Origin: Piedraia hortae CBS 480.64
Taxonomy: Eukaryota
Assembly: GCA_010093745.1 (NCBI GenBank)
Contig: MU005960.1
Location: forward strand, 124,001-185,555
Length of the DNA: 61,555 nt
Direction: 5' to 3'
Part shown: one piece after another, positions 21,037 to 32,384 of the stretch
Numbering within the stretch: position 1 is the first letter of the stretch
Layout of the letters: the number at the start of each line of letters is the position of its first letter
The notes under the pieces: generated by a model
Databases searched by the model: none
What the model was told of the DNA's origin: nothing
Seen by the model: only the letters and a program-made list of their open reading frames with translations
Position numbers and translations under genes: made by a program

Positions 21037-23079
21037 GGTTGGAGATAGTTGAGAGGATGTAATTATGTGGAAAGTTTTGGGTGTGTAGTACATGGTTCTT
21101 TGTTTCGGGCGGTATATCGAACTTAAACCCTGTCCGGAGTCTTGCTCACTTTGGTCAGTGGCAGCCCTTGGCAAAACTCACTTTGAATTTTGCCGTGCGA
21201 CTGACTTCACTCATAGCGGAAGACGTAACTTGCTCTCCACCTCCAAAACCCGTCGCTGCAGTTGAGAATACGGTCTGTCGTCTTCCGAGGGAGACCGCAG
21301 TCACTATCAGTGCCTATCGAGCAGATGACTCTTGCTTCAACAATCAATACTTTCGAGGTGATAGCTCCGGCAACAACTACGACTTGATCGCAATGCCCCA
21401 TAGCGAGAGATTAGCATATCGAGGGTGTAGAGAAGATGTGAGGGTGAGAGGGAACGAAATGAAGTGCGACTCTTCGAAGAACAACAGTAAGTATATGAGG
21501 GGTTTTTCTCCGGAGCCTTCACCCTCGAGTCACTGACATGGTATCATTGTAATGTCTTGGCCCGAATTCGATGTACCATCCTTGCACTACGACATTGAGA
21601 GGGAAGAGGGTTGTTAATCTTGCTTGACTCGACTTGGCTTTACCGCGCATTTGGTGTTTTCAAAGGAATAGGTTGGTAAATGGCAGCCACAGTCTACTTC
21701 TGTGGCTCACGAACTTGGGTTCATTGTTTTGGGATTGTAGGACAACTGAAATGAGTCGTGGATTGTTGCAGATGGTAAAATGGCGGTGAAAACTGGGGAA
21801 AGCATTAGAGGGATAAGTTTGGACGGTAGATCAGCAATTTGTCGGTTGTTGTAGATCTGATTTTGAGAAGCTGCTAAGCTGACTAAAGACTTTACAAGCT
21901 CAACGACTAGAGTCGAAGCTTGATATGGCAGATTGATCTGTGCATATCACCACGTGAATTATATTCAGAACTCCGCAATCCTACAGGTTGGGAAGGCCAA
22001 ATTGGGAGTATTAACCGTCTGCCACGGAGAGCAATGCTATCCAAGTTTGGTTGCTGTCCCCCTGTTCGTGATCGACCTTGTCTGCATTTCTGGAGTGAAC
22101 GATAGCAAATCATTCTTTGCTAATGATTACGAACACGATGAAAGCGATGTGCTGTCGATTGCGAGTTTTCAAATGCAAAGCTCATTTCATTGGCCTATAC
22201 AAATGCCGATGAGTATTGAAGAATCAAGAAAATGGCATCGGTATCAACCCATATGCGCTGGGTGCTGCGTCTAGTGGCTTGAGCCTCATTTTGGACATTC
22301 AACGCCAACGCAATCGTTTACCTTAATGGTGCGTGGATCGTCTTGCTTACGAATTCCTTTGGCTGGTAAATTAGCAGTGTCTTCTGTAAGGTAAGGGGGG
22401 CTGGCGGAGCATTTCGTGCAAGGATGTAACCACCTTCATCGACGATCGGCAAACCATAATCTCCAATGTGTAAATCTCACCTATGTGGGCTGCAGCGAAT
22501 GCGAGAAGTATAACCTACAACACGGGCATCTCAGCCTGGCTAAAGCGAATGCCTGGACCCTACTCACCTAACCATGTGAACCTCGACGACAACTGTCACC
22601 TGTCGCATTCAGGAGGTGACAGTTTCAATGACTCTTCTGAAACAGAAGCGTCGGGATGAAAAGGGTTAGAGATCATGTGTAGCTATTTTAAGCGAAGGGG
22701 GCGACGAACCTCACCTTCAAGCAATCCTGGCCCGCGGCCAGACTTTTATGCGCCCGCATTCTAGCAAATGGGTGCTTAAGACGGACATTTATGCGTCATT
22801 GGCTCAGTAATCGGCCGGTCTCGCCCTGCAGAGTGAGCAAAGTCTCGGCTCTTTTCGGGTCCGAAGGTCTCGACCGGGCCTTCAACGCAGCCTCACTTCC
22901 TTTTCTTGTGTAACCCCTCCATTGCCTTTGTCCCGTGTCAGGGCATTGCAGTTTTCCCGGCTATCGGTCCCAGGGTCGAGACACTCGAGATTCGAGGCCC
23001 CGGTTACCGCCGTAGATTTTTCCTCTATCAGAATGCCGCCACCGCCCAAAATACTGGCGGCACCCTGTTGGGTTCTCGT

Positions 23080-25029
23080 ATGGCTTCCGTTCAGCGTGAG
23101 ACCATTTGTTTTCCACAATTCGGTACTGTGAATACGCTGCATTCTGGAGATGCCTTTGAGTCTGAGCTCAGGCGCTTCTACGATGAAGACGAAAGCGAGG
23201 CCTTGGATGCGGTTATGCAGCTGAAGGCGGGTCTGCGCACGCTCCCCAGTAGTTGCTTTTGGGAAGCCTTCACCGAGGGACTGTCCAAGCTGGTTGGGGC
23301 CGATATGTCATTTGTCGCCAAGCGAGCGCTGGTTGATGATAATGATACGGCCGTGGAGATGCCGCCCTTGGGGGAGCCCGGTTCGTGTCTCATGGCTGTT
23401 GCGATCCATCACCATGCGCGAGATGGCCAGAAAATGACGTCCAAAGGCATCAAATTTGAGTCCTACGATTGCCCCTGCGCATACATGCGCCATGATAAGG
23501 TCTTCTTGATCCCAGAAAAGTTAAACGAGTTCATAACGCGAAACCCAAACCAAACACCCATCGTTGCAGAGTCATATCTGGCCGTGCCGCTGTATTCTGA
23601 AGGCAAGTGCTTTGCGCATTTTGGCGCCCTCTGGTCCAAGGAAGCAGCTTCTAGTCGCAAGCTTTCCTGGGGAATTACGGAAATGTTGATGCATGCCTTG
23701 GAGGATATCGCTGTTCAGCGATTGTTGGAAGACTCGCGACAGCCACTGGTGGTGCACCACGAAGATGTCAGCCCTGCCCAGACGCTGCAACCGTTGGCAA
23801 GACCTTTGTCGCATGAACTCCGCACTCCCCTACACGGTGTCATGGGCACGTTGGAGGCAATGCGCTCAAATGTCGAGGAGATTTCCCGCATGGACCCAAA
23901 ATTCGAGAGGCTCCTCCATGAACTAAAGGGAAACATCGAAGATGCCATGGGCAGCTCTCGGCGAGCAGTCGAAGCGGCAGACAATGTGATACGATCCTGC
24001 GAATCCGACGAGCCGCGGAAACGACGGTGGAGCGAAGCATTCCCGGACACAGACGTGCGCAAAGTTATCAGCAACGTAGTCGACACCGTACTGGCAACAG
24101 GCTGTCGCCCCGAATCATCAAATGTCATCGAAAGCGAAAATGGTGAAGTAATAAAAGTACACTCTACTTCCCAAGACGGTGAACCCATCAACTACACCCT
24201 CCAATGGACCGTTTCCCCCGAGGCCTCTTACTTCCCCACCGACGAACATGACCTCTCGAAAATCGCATCCTGCCTCATCTCCAACGGCCTAAAATTCACC
24301 CACGACAAAGTCACCATCCATGCCTCCATCGAAAACAACCTCTTCCTCCTCCAAGTAACCGACAACGGTCCCGGCATCCCGCAATCCTACCTCCCCAACC
24401 TCTTCAAACCCTTCTCCCAATTCGACGCCTCCCTATCCCGCTTACGCGAGGGTCTGGGGCTAGGCCTAACCGTCGCCCAAAAAATCGCCCATCGCTGCAA
24501 CGGCAACATAACCTGTCTCCACACATCAACCACCGATCCCAATCGCGGAAGTACATTTCAACTCTCCCTCCCCATACCCAACATCCAAAAACGCCACTCC
24601 CCCGTTCGCCACCAAGCCCGCCTACCGCTACGCTCCACCCCAAAAGCATTCCGTCAATTCACCATACTCGTCGTGGAAGATAATCGCATCTCGTCGAAAA
24701 TCCTGGTTTCAATGCTGAAGAAAATCTTCCCTGAGAATGCGAAGATTTTAGCGGCTGGGAGCGGGGAAGCTGCGCTCTCGCTTCTGGATGCGATGACGCA
24801 GACGCCGACTATTGTGCTCATGGATCTGTGGATGCCGAGGATGGATGGGTATGAGACTGCGAGGAGGATTAGGGAGCGGGGGGATGAGTGTAGGATTTGT
24901 GCGGTTAGTGCGGATAATACCCGTGAGGCGAGAGAGAGGGCGAGGGAGGTGGGCATGCGGGAGGTGCTGGTTAAGCCGTTTAGTAAAGCTGAGTTGAGGA
25001 GGGTGGTGGAGGGGTTGGTTGAGGGGTGA
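23080..25029 (+). CDS. Hybrid histidine kinase (GAF-like, HisKA, HATPase_c, receiver)
   Basis: H-box LSHELRTPLHG, N-box LISNGLKFT, G1 VTDNGPGI, F-box LFKPFSQ, G2 GLGLGL, receiver VVEDN...LMDLWMP.MDGY...KP. First in-frame ATG at 23080. Confidence 0.92.
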   Translation: MASVQRETICFPQFGTVNTLHSGDAFESELRRFYDEDESEALDAVMQLKAGLRTLPSSCFWEAFTEGLSKLVGADMSFVAKRALVDDNDTAVEMPPLGEPGSCLMAVAIHHHARDGQKMTSKGIKFESYDCPCAYMRHDKVFLIPEKLNEFITRNPNQTPIVAESYLAVPLYSEGKCFAHFGALWSKEAASSRKLSWGITEMLMHALEDIAVQRLLEDSRQPLVVHHEDVSPAQTLQPLARPLSHELRTPLHGVMGTLEAMRSNVEEISRMDPKFERLLHELKGNIEDAMGSSRRAVEAADNVIRSCESDEPRKRRWSEAFPDTDVRKVISNVVDTVLATGCRPESSNVIESENGEVIKVHSTSQDGEPINYTLQWTVSPEASYFPTDEHDLSKIASCLISNGLKFTHDKVTIHASIENNLFLLQVTDNGPGIPQSYLPNLFKPFSQFDASLSRLREGLGLGLTVAQKIAHRCNGNITCLHTSTTDPNRGSTFQLSLPIPNIQKRHSPVRHQARLPLRSTPKAFRQFTILVVEDNRISSKILVSMLKKIFPENAKILAAGSGEAALSLLDAMTQTPTIVLMDLWMPRMDGYETARRIRERGDECRICAVSADNTREARERAREVGMREVLVKPFSKAELRRVVEGLVEG

Positions 25030-25336
25030 GTGTGTTCTGTGAAAAGGGTTTGGCGTGTATATGCCCAGCAGGAGCGCGAGGAAGCTTTAATGTGAGGGGA
25101 CGATGTCCTGATAAGGTTCTTTTTTCCTCTTGTCCTCTCCGTTACTTGGTTTATTGGACAGAAACAAATGAAGCAGTCGTAAACCTGACATCCATAACGT
25201 TCTCATCATATGTCTCATCTGCTGCCCCTATAGGTTGGGGAGTACACACCAGTGAGATCCTAGAACCAAGTTCTTCAGCTCCACGACTACACCTCATCTC
25301 TTCGTTCCACGCACATCACCTGAACTTAGTTTTCGT

Positions 25337-28300
25337 TCAAACCTCAACATCGGTCCAATCATCCTCAACCTTTTCCCAATCCACAACCTTCCTCTCCCCC
25401 CTCTTCCTAAACGTAACCTTCTCCTTCTCCGCCTCCGCCTCCGTCTCCGAAACCGCACCACTCCCCTGCGCGGCCTTCCTCCCCGCAACCTGACTCCACC
25501 CCTTCATCCTCCCCTGCATCGCAGACGCAAACTCGGCCGCAGGCTTAAATGCAGACGGAGACGTAGAAGATACCAGCTCCCCCGTCTTCTTATCGACCAC
25601 ACAAACCCTCAACCTCCCTAGCCCGGCCGCATCAACCCTCTCCTCGAGCACCGGTGCGAGAGCACCAACCTCATTCGCGGAGCGTCCCTCAGTCTTAATC
25701 ACAAACGCCCCCGAGGGCAGACACGAAACCTCAAACCCCCATCCCTCCGTCCCAACAGCCTCACAAATCTCGTTGATCGTAAGCGCGAATCTAGGCTCCT
25801 CGAGGAGGAACGCGTTCCAGTCTTCGCCCACATACCCCTTTTCCCCGGGCGGGATAGCAGCTTGCTGCTTCTGCTGGTCACTCAACACCCCCGCGTCCTG
25901 GAGGGTGCGGATACGCACAGCTTCAGCGACGGTTTTACTAGGCGCAGCGACGAAACGCGCAGTTTTCCAGATCATGACATGGCGGTGGGGTTCGGGGTCC
26001 ATGCTTTCTGCTTCGAAGCCAAAGTCTTCGGCGAGGGAGTGGATAAAGGCTCGTTCCTGCCGTTTCATGGGTTTGAAGCGGAGGCGTTTTTCGGCAGCAT
26101 CGGCGGCGAAGACGCGGAATTCGCGCTCCTGGGTTTCGGAGAATTTGGGTTGCGAGGTGTAGAGGTCCATCGTGTCGTTGGAGTAGGGGATGTGGTTCCC
26201 TCCTTCGATGTGGGTGGCTGGGTCGATGTTTAATGCGGCGGCGAGTTTGCGTCTACGTTCGAGGCGGGCGCATTCGTCTGTGCATGGCAAAGTTTTGGAG
26301 AAGTTGCTGGGGGTTTGGACGGAGGCGTTGCATTTGATTTCTTGTTTGAGGGAGTCGCAGGAGCAGGTTATGGTGATTTTGCTGGTGCAGGGATCGGATT
26401 CGTTGCAGGGGAAGGGAGCGTGGCAGGGTTTGGTGTCTGGATGGCCGCATATCCGTTTTTGTTTGCCGCAGGGTTGGGTGCATTTGGAATTTTTGGAGTC
26501 TTCGCAATCGCCGGGGCTGTGGCAGAGGCGGCGACAGCGGTGGTAGCCACAGCTGAGAGTCTTGTCGCATTGGTTGCCGCAACGGGCGCTGGGTAACCAG
26601 CAGGGTTGGTTGGGAAGAACTTGTTTCCCACACATGCATGATTTGGGGACAAGAAACGCACACTTGGGACAGCCCTCATCGTCTGAATGGCAGTTGTGAG
26701 CCGTCTGAGTGTGTCCACATGGCTTGCGCCGGCGACAGGGATGACTGCAGTGCGGGACTTTGGTCCCGCATGGTAATGGTGGTTGGAGCACAGTTCGGCC
26801 ACAGTGGCAGGAGATTTCATCAAAGATTGCTTCGCGGCAAGTGGGACACGCCCCTTTGTGGCAAAGCTCTTGGCATACATGAGAACCGCACTTCAGCTGT
26901 CGTCCACACGGTCGAGTACAGATGTGTTCTGCTTCGAAGTCGTTGTCGAGGGCCCGCGCTGCATTACCAAATGCCCGGGACTTGCGTTTCAACCGCTCGC
27001 GAGCCTGGCTTTCGCCTGTACAGCAGCGTTGTTCGCAGTTGTGTCTTCCACAAGACATGAGCGTGCGACATACCCTGTCACATCGCGGTTGATCTACTTG
27101 GCCTTCGTGGCATATGATCTCATTTGTTGTCCGTCCACACCGACACTTAACTTCGACAGTGCGCATGCACAACACACATGGCCCTGTGTGACAGATCTCC
27201 GGACACTCGTGACCGCATGGCAGCTTCTTTTTGCACGGTTTGGAACAGTTTGGGATTGGATCTGAACACGTTTCGCGCGGTGTATCTGTTAGGCTCTTGA
27301 GAGGAGTCTTCCCGCACGGGCAGTGGGTAATGACATTCGGCGAGCGTGGACAATAGCTTGGTATAGATGTTTGTGAGTGACATCTTTTTTGACAGCGATG
27401 TTTGCCGCAGTCAAAAAGCCTGCCACAAACCTGACCGCAGTTGAACGTCCCGATCCAGCTCTCAACCCCGGATGCAGTTTCTCGCCTGCTCTCGCGCGGA
27501 TCACTACGTTCTGAACAGAGAATGTCCTTGGAAGCATGTCCGCAGTAACATTTGGCCGGAACACGGCCTGCACAAGGCTCGCAAGTCCCGTCATGACACA
27601 ACGCTGCACAGGAATGATCTCCGCAGCTCAACTTTTTCCCGCAAACATCGCCACAAGCCCACCCGCCATAGTAGTCTGTTTCACTACACCTTTTCGTAAA
27701 CTGGTGTTTTCCACAAAAGCACGCTTGTGTAGGTCCCATGAATGGACAAGGCGGACAAGGCCCGGCATGACATGTAAGATCACACGCATGAGGGCATTTC
27801 TTAGCCCGCTGTCTCCCACAAGTTTGTCCACAGGAATGGGGCGGGATCCCTGTGGGTGCCCGAGGCTCAACCTCTTTCCCGCACCAGCAGAGGTAGGCTG
27901 ATGGGAGTACATCCTGCGGCAGGTTGCAGCCAGGGCACCTCCACCTAGAGCCGTTGCTTGTTTCGGTAGAGTCGTTATTACTCGACCATTTCTTAATGCA
28001 ACTCAAGTGGAAAACGGTCCAGCAGTCATGGCAGGCCCACACTTTGGACTTGCGAGCAATCTCCATAGTACAAATGGGACATTCGTAATTGTCACTGTCG
28101 ATATCCTCATGGGTTCTGGTGGCGATATCTGCTGCTTGAGATTTGGGCTTTTGCGTTTTTGGTAGTCTAGGTGGCGGAGGGTGGGCTTGTGGAATGAACA
28201 CCGGAGCAGAGACGTTGGTTCCAGGCTTTGGTTTCTGTTCTTGCTCCTTCGAATCATTCTTTCTGCGATTTCTATTCCGTCTCCGGGGCTTTGGAGCCTC

Positions 28301-28456
28301 ACTTGTCGCTCCATCTTCAACAGGGACGCTGCTACTTTGAGACGTCTCTTGGACGGTTGCTGGTGCAGCTGCAGCCTGGGTCTGACCACCTCGATTGCGC
28401 CTTCTTCGTCGACTGTTGTTGGATGTTTTAACTGCGTGTGCCTGAACCGACTCCAT
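25337..28456 (-). CDS. FAP1: NF-X1-type zinc finger/RING/R3H protein (FKBP12-associated protein 1)
   Basis: RING-like YECPIC...WACHDCWTVFHLSCIKKW...WRCPGC, many NF-X1 repeats, R3H (FKPMKRQERAFIHSLAEDFGF...SMDPEPHRHV). Confidence 0.9.
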   Translation of the reverse strand: MESVQAHAVKTSNNSRRRRRNRGGQTQAAAAPATVQETSQSSSVPVEDGATSEAPKPRRRNRNRRKNDSKEQEQKPKPGTNVSAPVFIPQAHPPPPRLPKTQKPKSQAADIATRTHEDIDSDNYECPICTMEIARKSKVWACHDCWTVFHLSCIKKWSSNNDSTETSNGSRWRCPGCNLPQDVLPSAYLCWCGKEVEPRAPTGIPPHSCGQTCGRQRAKKCPHACDLTCHAGPCPPCPFMGPTQACFCGKHQFTKRCSETDYYGGWACGDVCGKKLSCGDHSCAALCHDGTCEPCAGRVPAKCYCGHASKDILCSERSDPRESRRETASGVESWIGTFNCGQVCGRLFDCGKHRCQKRCHSQTSIPSYCPRSPNVITHCPCGKTPLKSLTDTPRETCSDPIPNCSKPCKKKLPCGHECPEICHTGPCVLCMRTVEVKCRCGRTTNEIICHEGQVDQPRCDRVCRTLMSCGRHNCEQRCCTGESQARERLKRKSRAFGNAARALDNDFEAEHICTRPCGRQLKCGSHVCQELCHKGACPTCREAIFDEISCHCGRTVLQPPLPCGTKVPHCSHPCRRRKPCGHTQTAHNCHSDDEGCPKCAFLVPKSCMCGKQVLPNQPCWLPSARCGNQCDKTLSCGYHRCRRLCHSPGDCEDSKNSKCTQPCGKQKRICGHPDTKPCHAPFPCNESDPCTSKITITCSCDSLKQEIKCNASVQTPSNFSKTLPCTDECARLERRRKLAAALNIDPATHIEGGNHIPYSNDTMDLYTSQPKFSETQEREFRVFAADAAEKRLRFKPMKRQERAFIHSLAEDFGFEAESMDPEPHRHVMIWKTARFVAAPSKTVAEAVRIRTLQDAGVLSDQQKQQAAIPPGEKGYVGEDWNAFLLEEPRFALTINEICEAVGTEGWGFEVSCLPSGAFVIKTEGRSANEVGALAPVLEERVDAAGLGRLRVCVVDKKTGELVSSTSPSAFKPAAEFASAMQGRMKGWSQVAGRKAAQGSGAVSETEAEAEKEKVTFRKRGERKVVDWEKVEDDWTDVEV

Positions 28457-28677
28457 TTATACTTTGACGTTTCCCGCAAATCGTCGATTTGTATCTTTTT
28501 CCAGTGATGCAGTGACGCTGTGGCTCACAAATTCATGTGAAACCATGACGTTTCAGCGAACGTCTTTTACATTCTAGGCCAGCGAAGCGGCTGACAAATG
28601 AATGGGCGGAATGACTCCGTTACGCGGTCGGCTGGAGCCGCGCACTAGCGGCCGCACGTCACATCCTGTCACACAAC

Positions 28678-30562
28678 ATGAACGACAAGAAGCGCGAGAG
28701 CGAGAAAGATGTCAGCGACTCAGACTCCGATGGTTTCGGTCCTTCGCTTCCACAAGCAGCCGATGGAAGGCCAAAAAAACGGCGACGAAAATTGCCGTTC
28801 GAAAAGCATTATATCGAAGCTTTGCCTGCCGGCGTCAGTTATTCCAAGAGCTTGATGCACAAAGACCAACTTGCTTTTGTCAATTTCACTACACACACAG
28901 ACTTCTTAATCACCAGCTCTGTGGATGGAGTGGTCAAATTTTGGAAGAAAACGACTGGCGGGGTTGAGTTTGTCAAGGAATACAAGGCCCATGAAGGGGA
29001 AATTCGAAGTGTTAGCGTGAGTGCCAACGGAAGAAATTACGCTACCTCTGGTGTTGATGGAACGATCAAAGTGTTTGATGTAATGACCTACGATATTCTG
29101 GCCATATTGCAGCCAGAGAATGCTACGCCCAAGTGCATTTGCTACGTGCATGGCCACGGATCTAGTGACCCGGTTTTGGCCGTGTCAAATTCTACAGATG
29201 GCACAATCTCCTTGTATGACGAGAATCAGCGGCTCATTGATACGGTCAAACTCCATCGTCAACCCGTGCACTTGATGGCATACAATAGCACATATGACTC
29301 TGTTGTGTCCATCGACGAAGGTGGCATGGTTGAGTATTGGCAGCCGACTGAACCTTTTGAGAAACCATCAGGCGTCTTCGAAATCAAAAGCAGCACAGAT
29401 CTATTTGCATTCAAAAAGGCGAAATCAGTGCCTTGCTCGATTACAATTTCACCAAATGGAAAGCTGTTCGCCACTTATTCTTTTCCAGACCGAAAGATCA
29501 GGGTCTTCCACTTTGCCAATGCGAAGCTGCATAGGACGTATGACGAGAGTATCGCGACCATTACCGAGATGCATCAGGCGGGGACGCTGAGTACCGAGCC
29601 CATGGAAGCTGTTGCATTTGGACGGAAATTGGCAGTAGAGCGCGAATTGGAGAATGTGAAAAGTCGGATCAATGTCATATTCGATGAGAGTTCAAATTTT
29701 GTCCTCTATGGCAGCATCTTGGGCGTCAAAGTCATTGATCTCTTGACCAGTCGACTGATCAAACTTTATGGACGAGAAGATCCCCTTAGACCGTTGAACC
29801 TGGCAGTGTTTGAAGGCCGGCCTGAGAAGAAAGACATAATGACAGTGCAAATGGCAGCGAGTGATAATCCGTTGCTAGCAACAGCTGAGGCCAGAGATTC
29901 CATGCTAGGTGAGTTTCTTGAGTTCCCTTGTGGCCAGTGCTAACCTTTCAGTATCTACCGGCGTAGGCAAGGTCCGCTTTTACATGTTCACCAACGAAAC
30001 CGCACCTTCCAAGGCTAATCGAGATGTGCACAATGAAAAGACAAAGAATCTGGTTGTTACCAAGCAAGCCGTTCCAGAGCAAAACAGGCGAACAGCGAAC
30101 GCAGCAACTATCCACACCACGCTTGGTGATATCTCCATTCGCCTTTACCCGCAACATGCTCCCAAAGCTGTTGAAAACTTCACTGTCCATTCAAAGAACG
30201 GCTACTACAACAACGTCATTTTCCACAGGGTCATACGCAAGTTCATGATCCAGACCGGAGACCCCTTGGGGAACGGCACCGGTGGAGAGTCAATCTGGGG
30301 CAAAGATTTTGAAGACGAATTCGCCCCAGAGTTAAGACACGACAAGCCATATATGGTCAGCATGGCAAATGCTGGGCCCCGCACAAATGCCAGCCAGTTC
30401 TTTATAACGACTGATAAGGCTCCGTGGTTGGATAACAAACACACTATCTTTGGAAGAGTTACTAAGGGCATGGAAGTGGTCCATGTGATAGAGAATGTCA
30501 AAGTCAGGAAGGAGAAACCGGAGGAAGACATCAAGATTGTCAGCATCAGCGTGGATGAATGA
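28678..30562 (+). CDS. WD40-repeat peptidyl-prolyl isomerase (PPWD1/cyp15); intron 29909-29951
   Basis: WD repeats (YSKSLMH, TSSVDGVVKFWKK) followed by a cyclophilin domain (APKAVENF, FHRVIRKFMIQTGDP.G.GTGGESIWG, SMANAGP.TN.SQFFIT, WLDNKHTIFGRV). Intron GTGAGT..CTAAC..CAG. Confidence 0.93.
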
Positions 30563-30649
30563 CGTAATCGTAATAAATATCATGACATAATGACAGTCAC
30601 TGTAATTACCGACAGCGGGGTAGATCAACACGCGCCTTCAAACTCCGTC

Positions 30650-30949
30650 ATGCTCGGCCGCCTTCCTCGACAAGCACGACACCTAAGCAGCTCAATCACA
30701 CGCTTGGAAGCACCCCGTTCGCAGTTCAAGCCAGCAAACCTCCCAAATCCACAATCTACGGGCCGCTCCGACAGTCTACCCTTTGTTCCCCTTGTTCTCA
30801 TCTTCTGCCTCGGCAGCGCCTCCTTCTACTACCTCGTCAAGACGCGCCAGGCCAAAGGCAGGGGCAATTCCTTCCCCGAGCGAGCTCCAATCGACAAGAC
30901 GCAGTGGCCGCGGGATACGGTCAGCGATCAGACAGTTTCCCGGCGTTAA
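30650..30949 (+). CDS. Small ORF with a mitochondrial-presequence-like N-terminus and one TM helix, in frame with URA6
   Basis: MLGRLPRQARHLSSSITRL... (Arg/Ser/Leu-rich), TM LPFVPLVLIFCLGSASFYYLV. TAA lies 12 nt before the URA6 ATG. Confidence 0.6.
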   Translation: MLGRLPRQARHLSSSITRLEAPRSQFKPANLPNPQSTGRSDSLPFVPLVLIFCLGSASFYYLVKTRQAKGRGNSFPERAPIDKTQWPRDTVSDQTVSRR

Positions 30950-30961
30950 AGAGCTTCTGCC

Positions 30962-31660
30962 ATGCCAGCCCTTCCCGATAAGTCCGACCTCCAGGCCAAT
31001 CCGGCCCTCAAAGCGCCCAAACGCTCGCAGCCATTGTTTCGCCCGGGCACCGGCCAGGGCGAGGCCCTGGTCATCTTTGTGCTCGGCGGGCCGGGTTCCG
31101 GCAAGGGCACGCAGTGTCACAACATCGTACGCGACTATGGATTCCGCCATCTCTCAGCCGGGGATCTTCTTCGCGAAGAGCAGGACAGGCCAGGCAGTGA
31201 GTTTGGAGACATGATCAAGACGTATATAAAGGAAGGTCAGATCGTGCCCATGGAAGTCACCATTCAGCTGCTGGAGAATGCAATGAACAGCACCATTGAA
31301 TCTGGCGGACGCAAGTTTCTCATCGATGGCTTCCCCAGAAAGATGGACCAGGCCATTGCGTTTGAAGAGAAGGTCATTCCCAGCAAATTCACTGTCTTCT
31401 TCGACTGTCCCGAGGAGACTCTGCGTGAACGGCTCCTCAATCGCGGTAAGACAAGCGGCAGGGCCGACGACAATGAAGAGAGCATCAAGAAGAGGTTCCG
31501 AACCTTCATTGAGACTAGTATGCCCGTGGTGGAGAAGTTCGAGTCTGAGGGCAAGGTCGTAAAGATTGATGCGACCAAGAGCCCCGAAGGTGTTTATGAG
31601 GACGTTCGTGCCGAGTTCAAGAAGAGAGGTGTCCTTCCAGTGGGAGAGTCGGGCAAGTAG
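30962..31660 (+). CDS. URA6: UMP-CMP (uridylate) kinase
   Basis: VIFVLGGPGSGKGTQC, HLSAGDLLREEQ, GQIVPMEVT, FLIDGFPR, RGKTSGRADDNEESIKKRF. Confidence 0.95.
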   Translation: MPALPDKSDLQANPALKAPKRSQPLFRPGTGQGEALVIFVLGGPGSGKGTQCHNIVRDYGFRHLSAGDLLREEQDRPGSEFGDMIKTYIKEGQIVPMEVTIQLLENAMNSTIESGGRKFLIDGFPRKMDQAIAFEEKVIPSKFTVFFDCPEETLRERLLNRGKTSGRADDNEESIKKRFRTFIETSMPVVEKFESEGKVVKIDATKSPEGVYEDVRAEFKKRGVLPVGESGK

Positions 31661-32123
31661 TTTCCGAGCCAGGTACATTCTTTTAGCCTCTGCAAATCCA
31701 TGATTCGCTATATGCTTATTTGAATGAGTACTCTGTCAATTTTAGCTTCTTGTACAAGGTTCAATAAAGATGGGAGATGCGATGATGTAGCACTGCCCCA
31801 CATTCGCCAAGACCACACCACAAACGGTGATGTGGCACCATGCCCATAAGATCACTGGAAAACCACAGAATCACGACGGCTGGCGACTTTACATTGGTGC
31901 TTTCTGTTGCGTTCTATAGTTCCGCGCTCATGAAGATCCCCTGGCTTGTTTTTAACCTTGACTTGATTGATTGTGTACTAATGAGCAGCGGCACCTCACA
32001 GGTGTGTCAGTATACACGCGTATCTAGAGCTACAAGAAAATTTCTGAGTACTCGAACCCTGGTCATGGATGTGGGTCATCACCTGCGGATCGCTCCGTGG
32101 CGAACTGCACAACAGACTGGTTA

Positions 32124-32384
32124 TTTTTTTTTTTAACGTCCGGACAGAACCCCGAGCGGGGAATCTGCAGCCTCCCAATGGGGCAACTAGACGTGTCCCC
32201 CCTATTGGGGAACAGAATGATTTACAAAGGCGCAAAGCACCAGCGGGCCCGAAGTCGGACCAACACTACCCCGGTTGGCCTAAGTATCTCATTGGGTGCA
32301 GCCTCAAGGGAATGGGCTCACCAAACCCCTTCCCCGACACGTCAGCAGCGGGGCCGGGAAGAGGCCCCCGTAGCACGGGAACAG
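32124..32384 (-). mobile_element. Possible poly(A)-tailed non-LTR retroposon (SINE or LINE 3' end)
   Basis: GC-rich ~250 nt segment ending in poly(A) on the minus strand, with a hairpin cccaatgggg...cccctattggg near the tail and GGTTA on both flanks. Confidence 0.35.

Noticed and set aside
30920..30953. Intron removing the TAA before URA6
   Set aside because: Neither nearby AG preserves the frame from the GTCAGC donor, there is no good branch site, and it would be only 32-34 nt.
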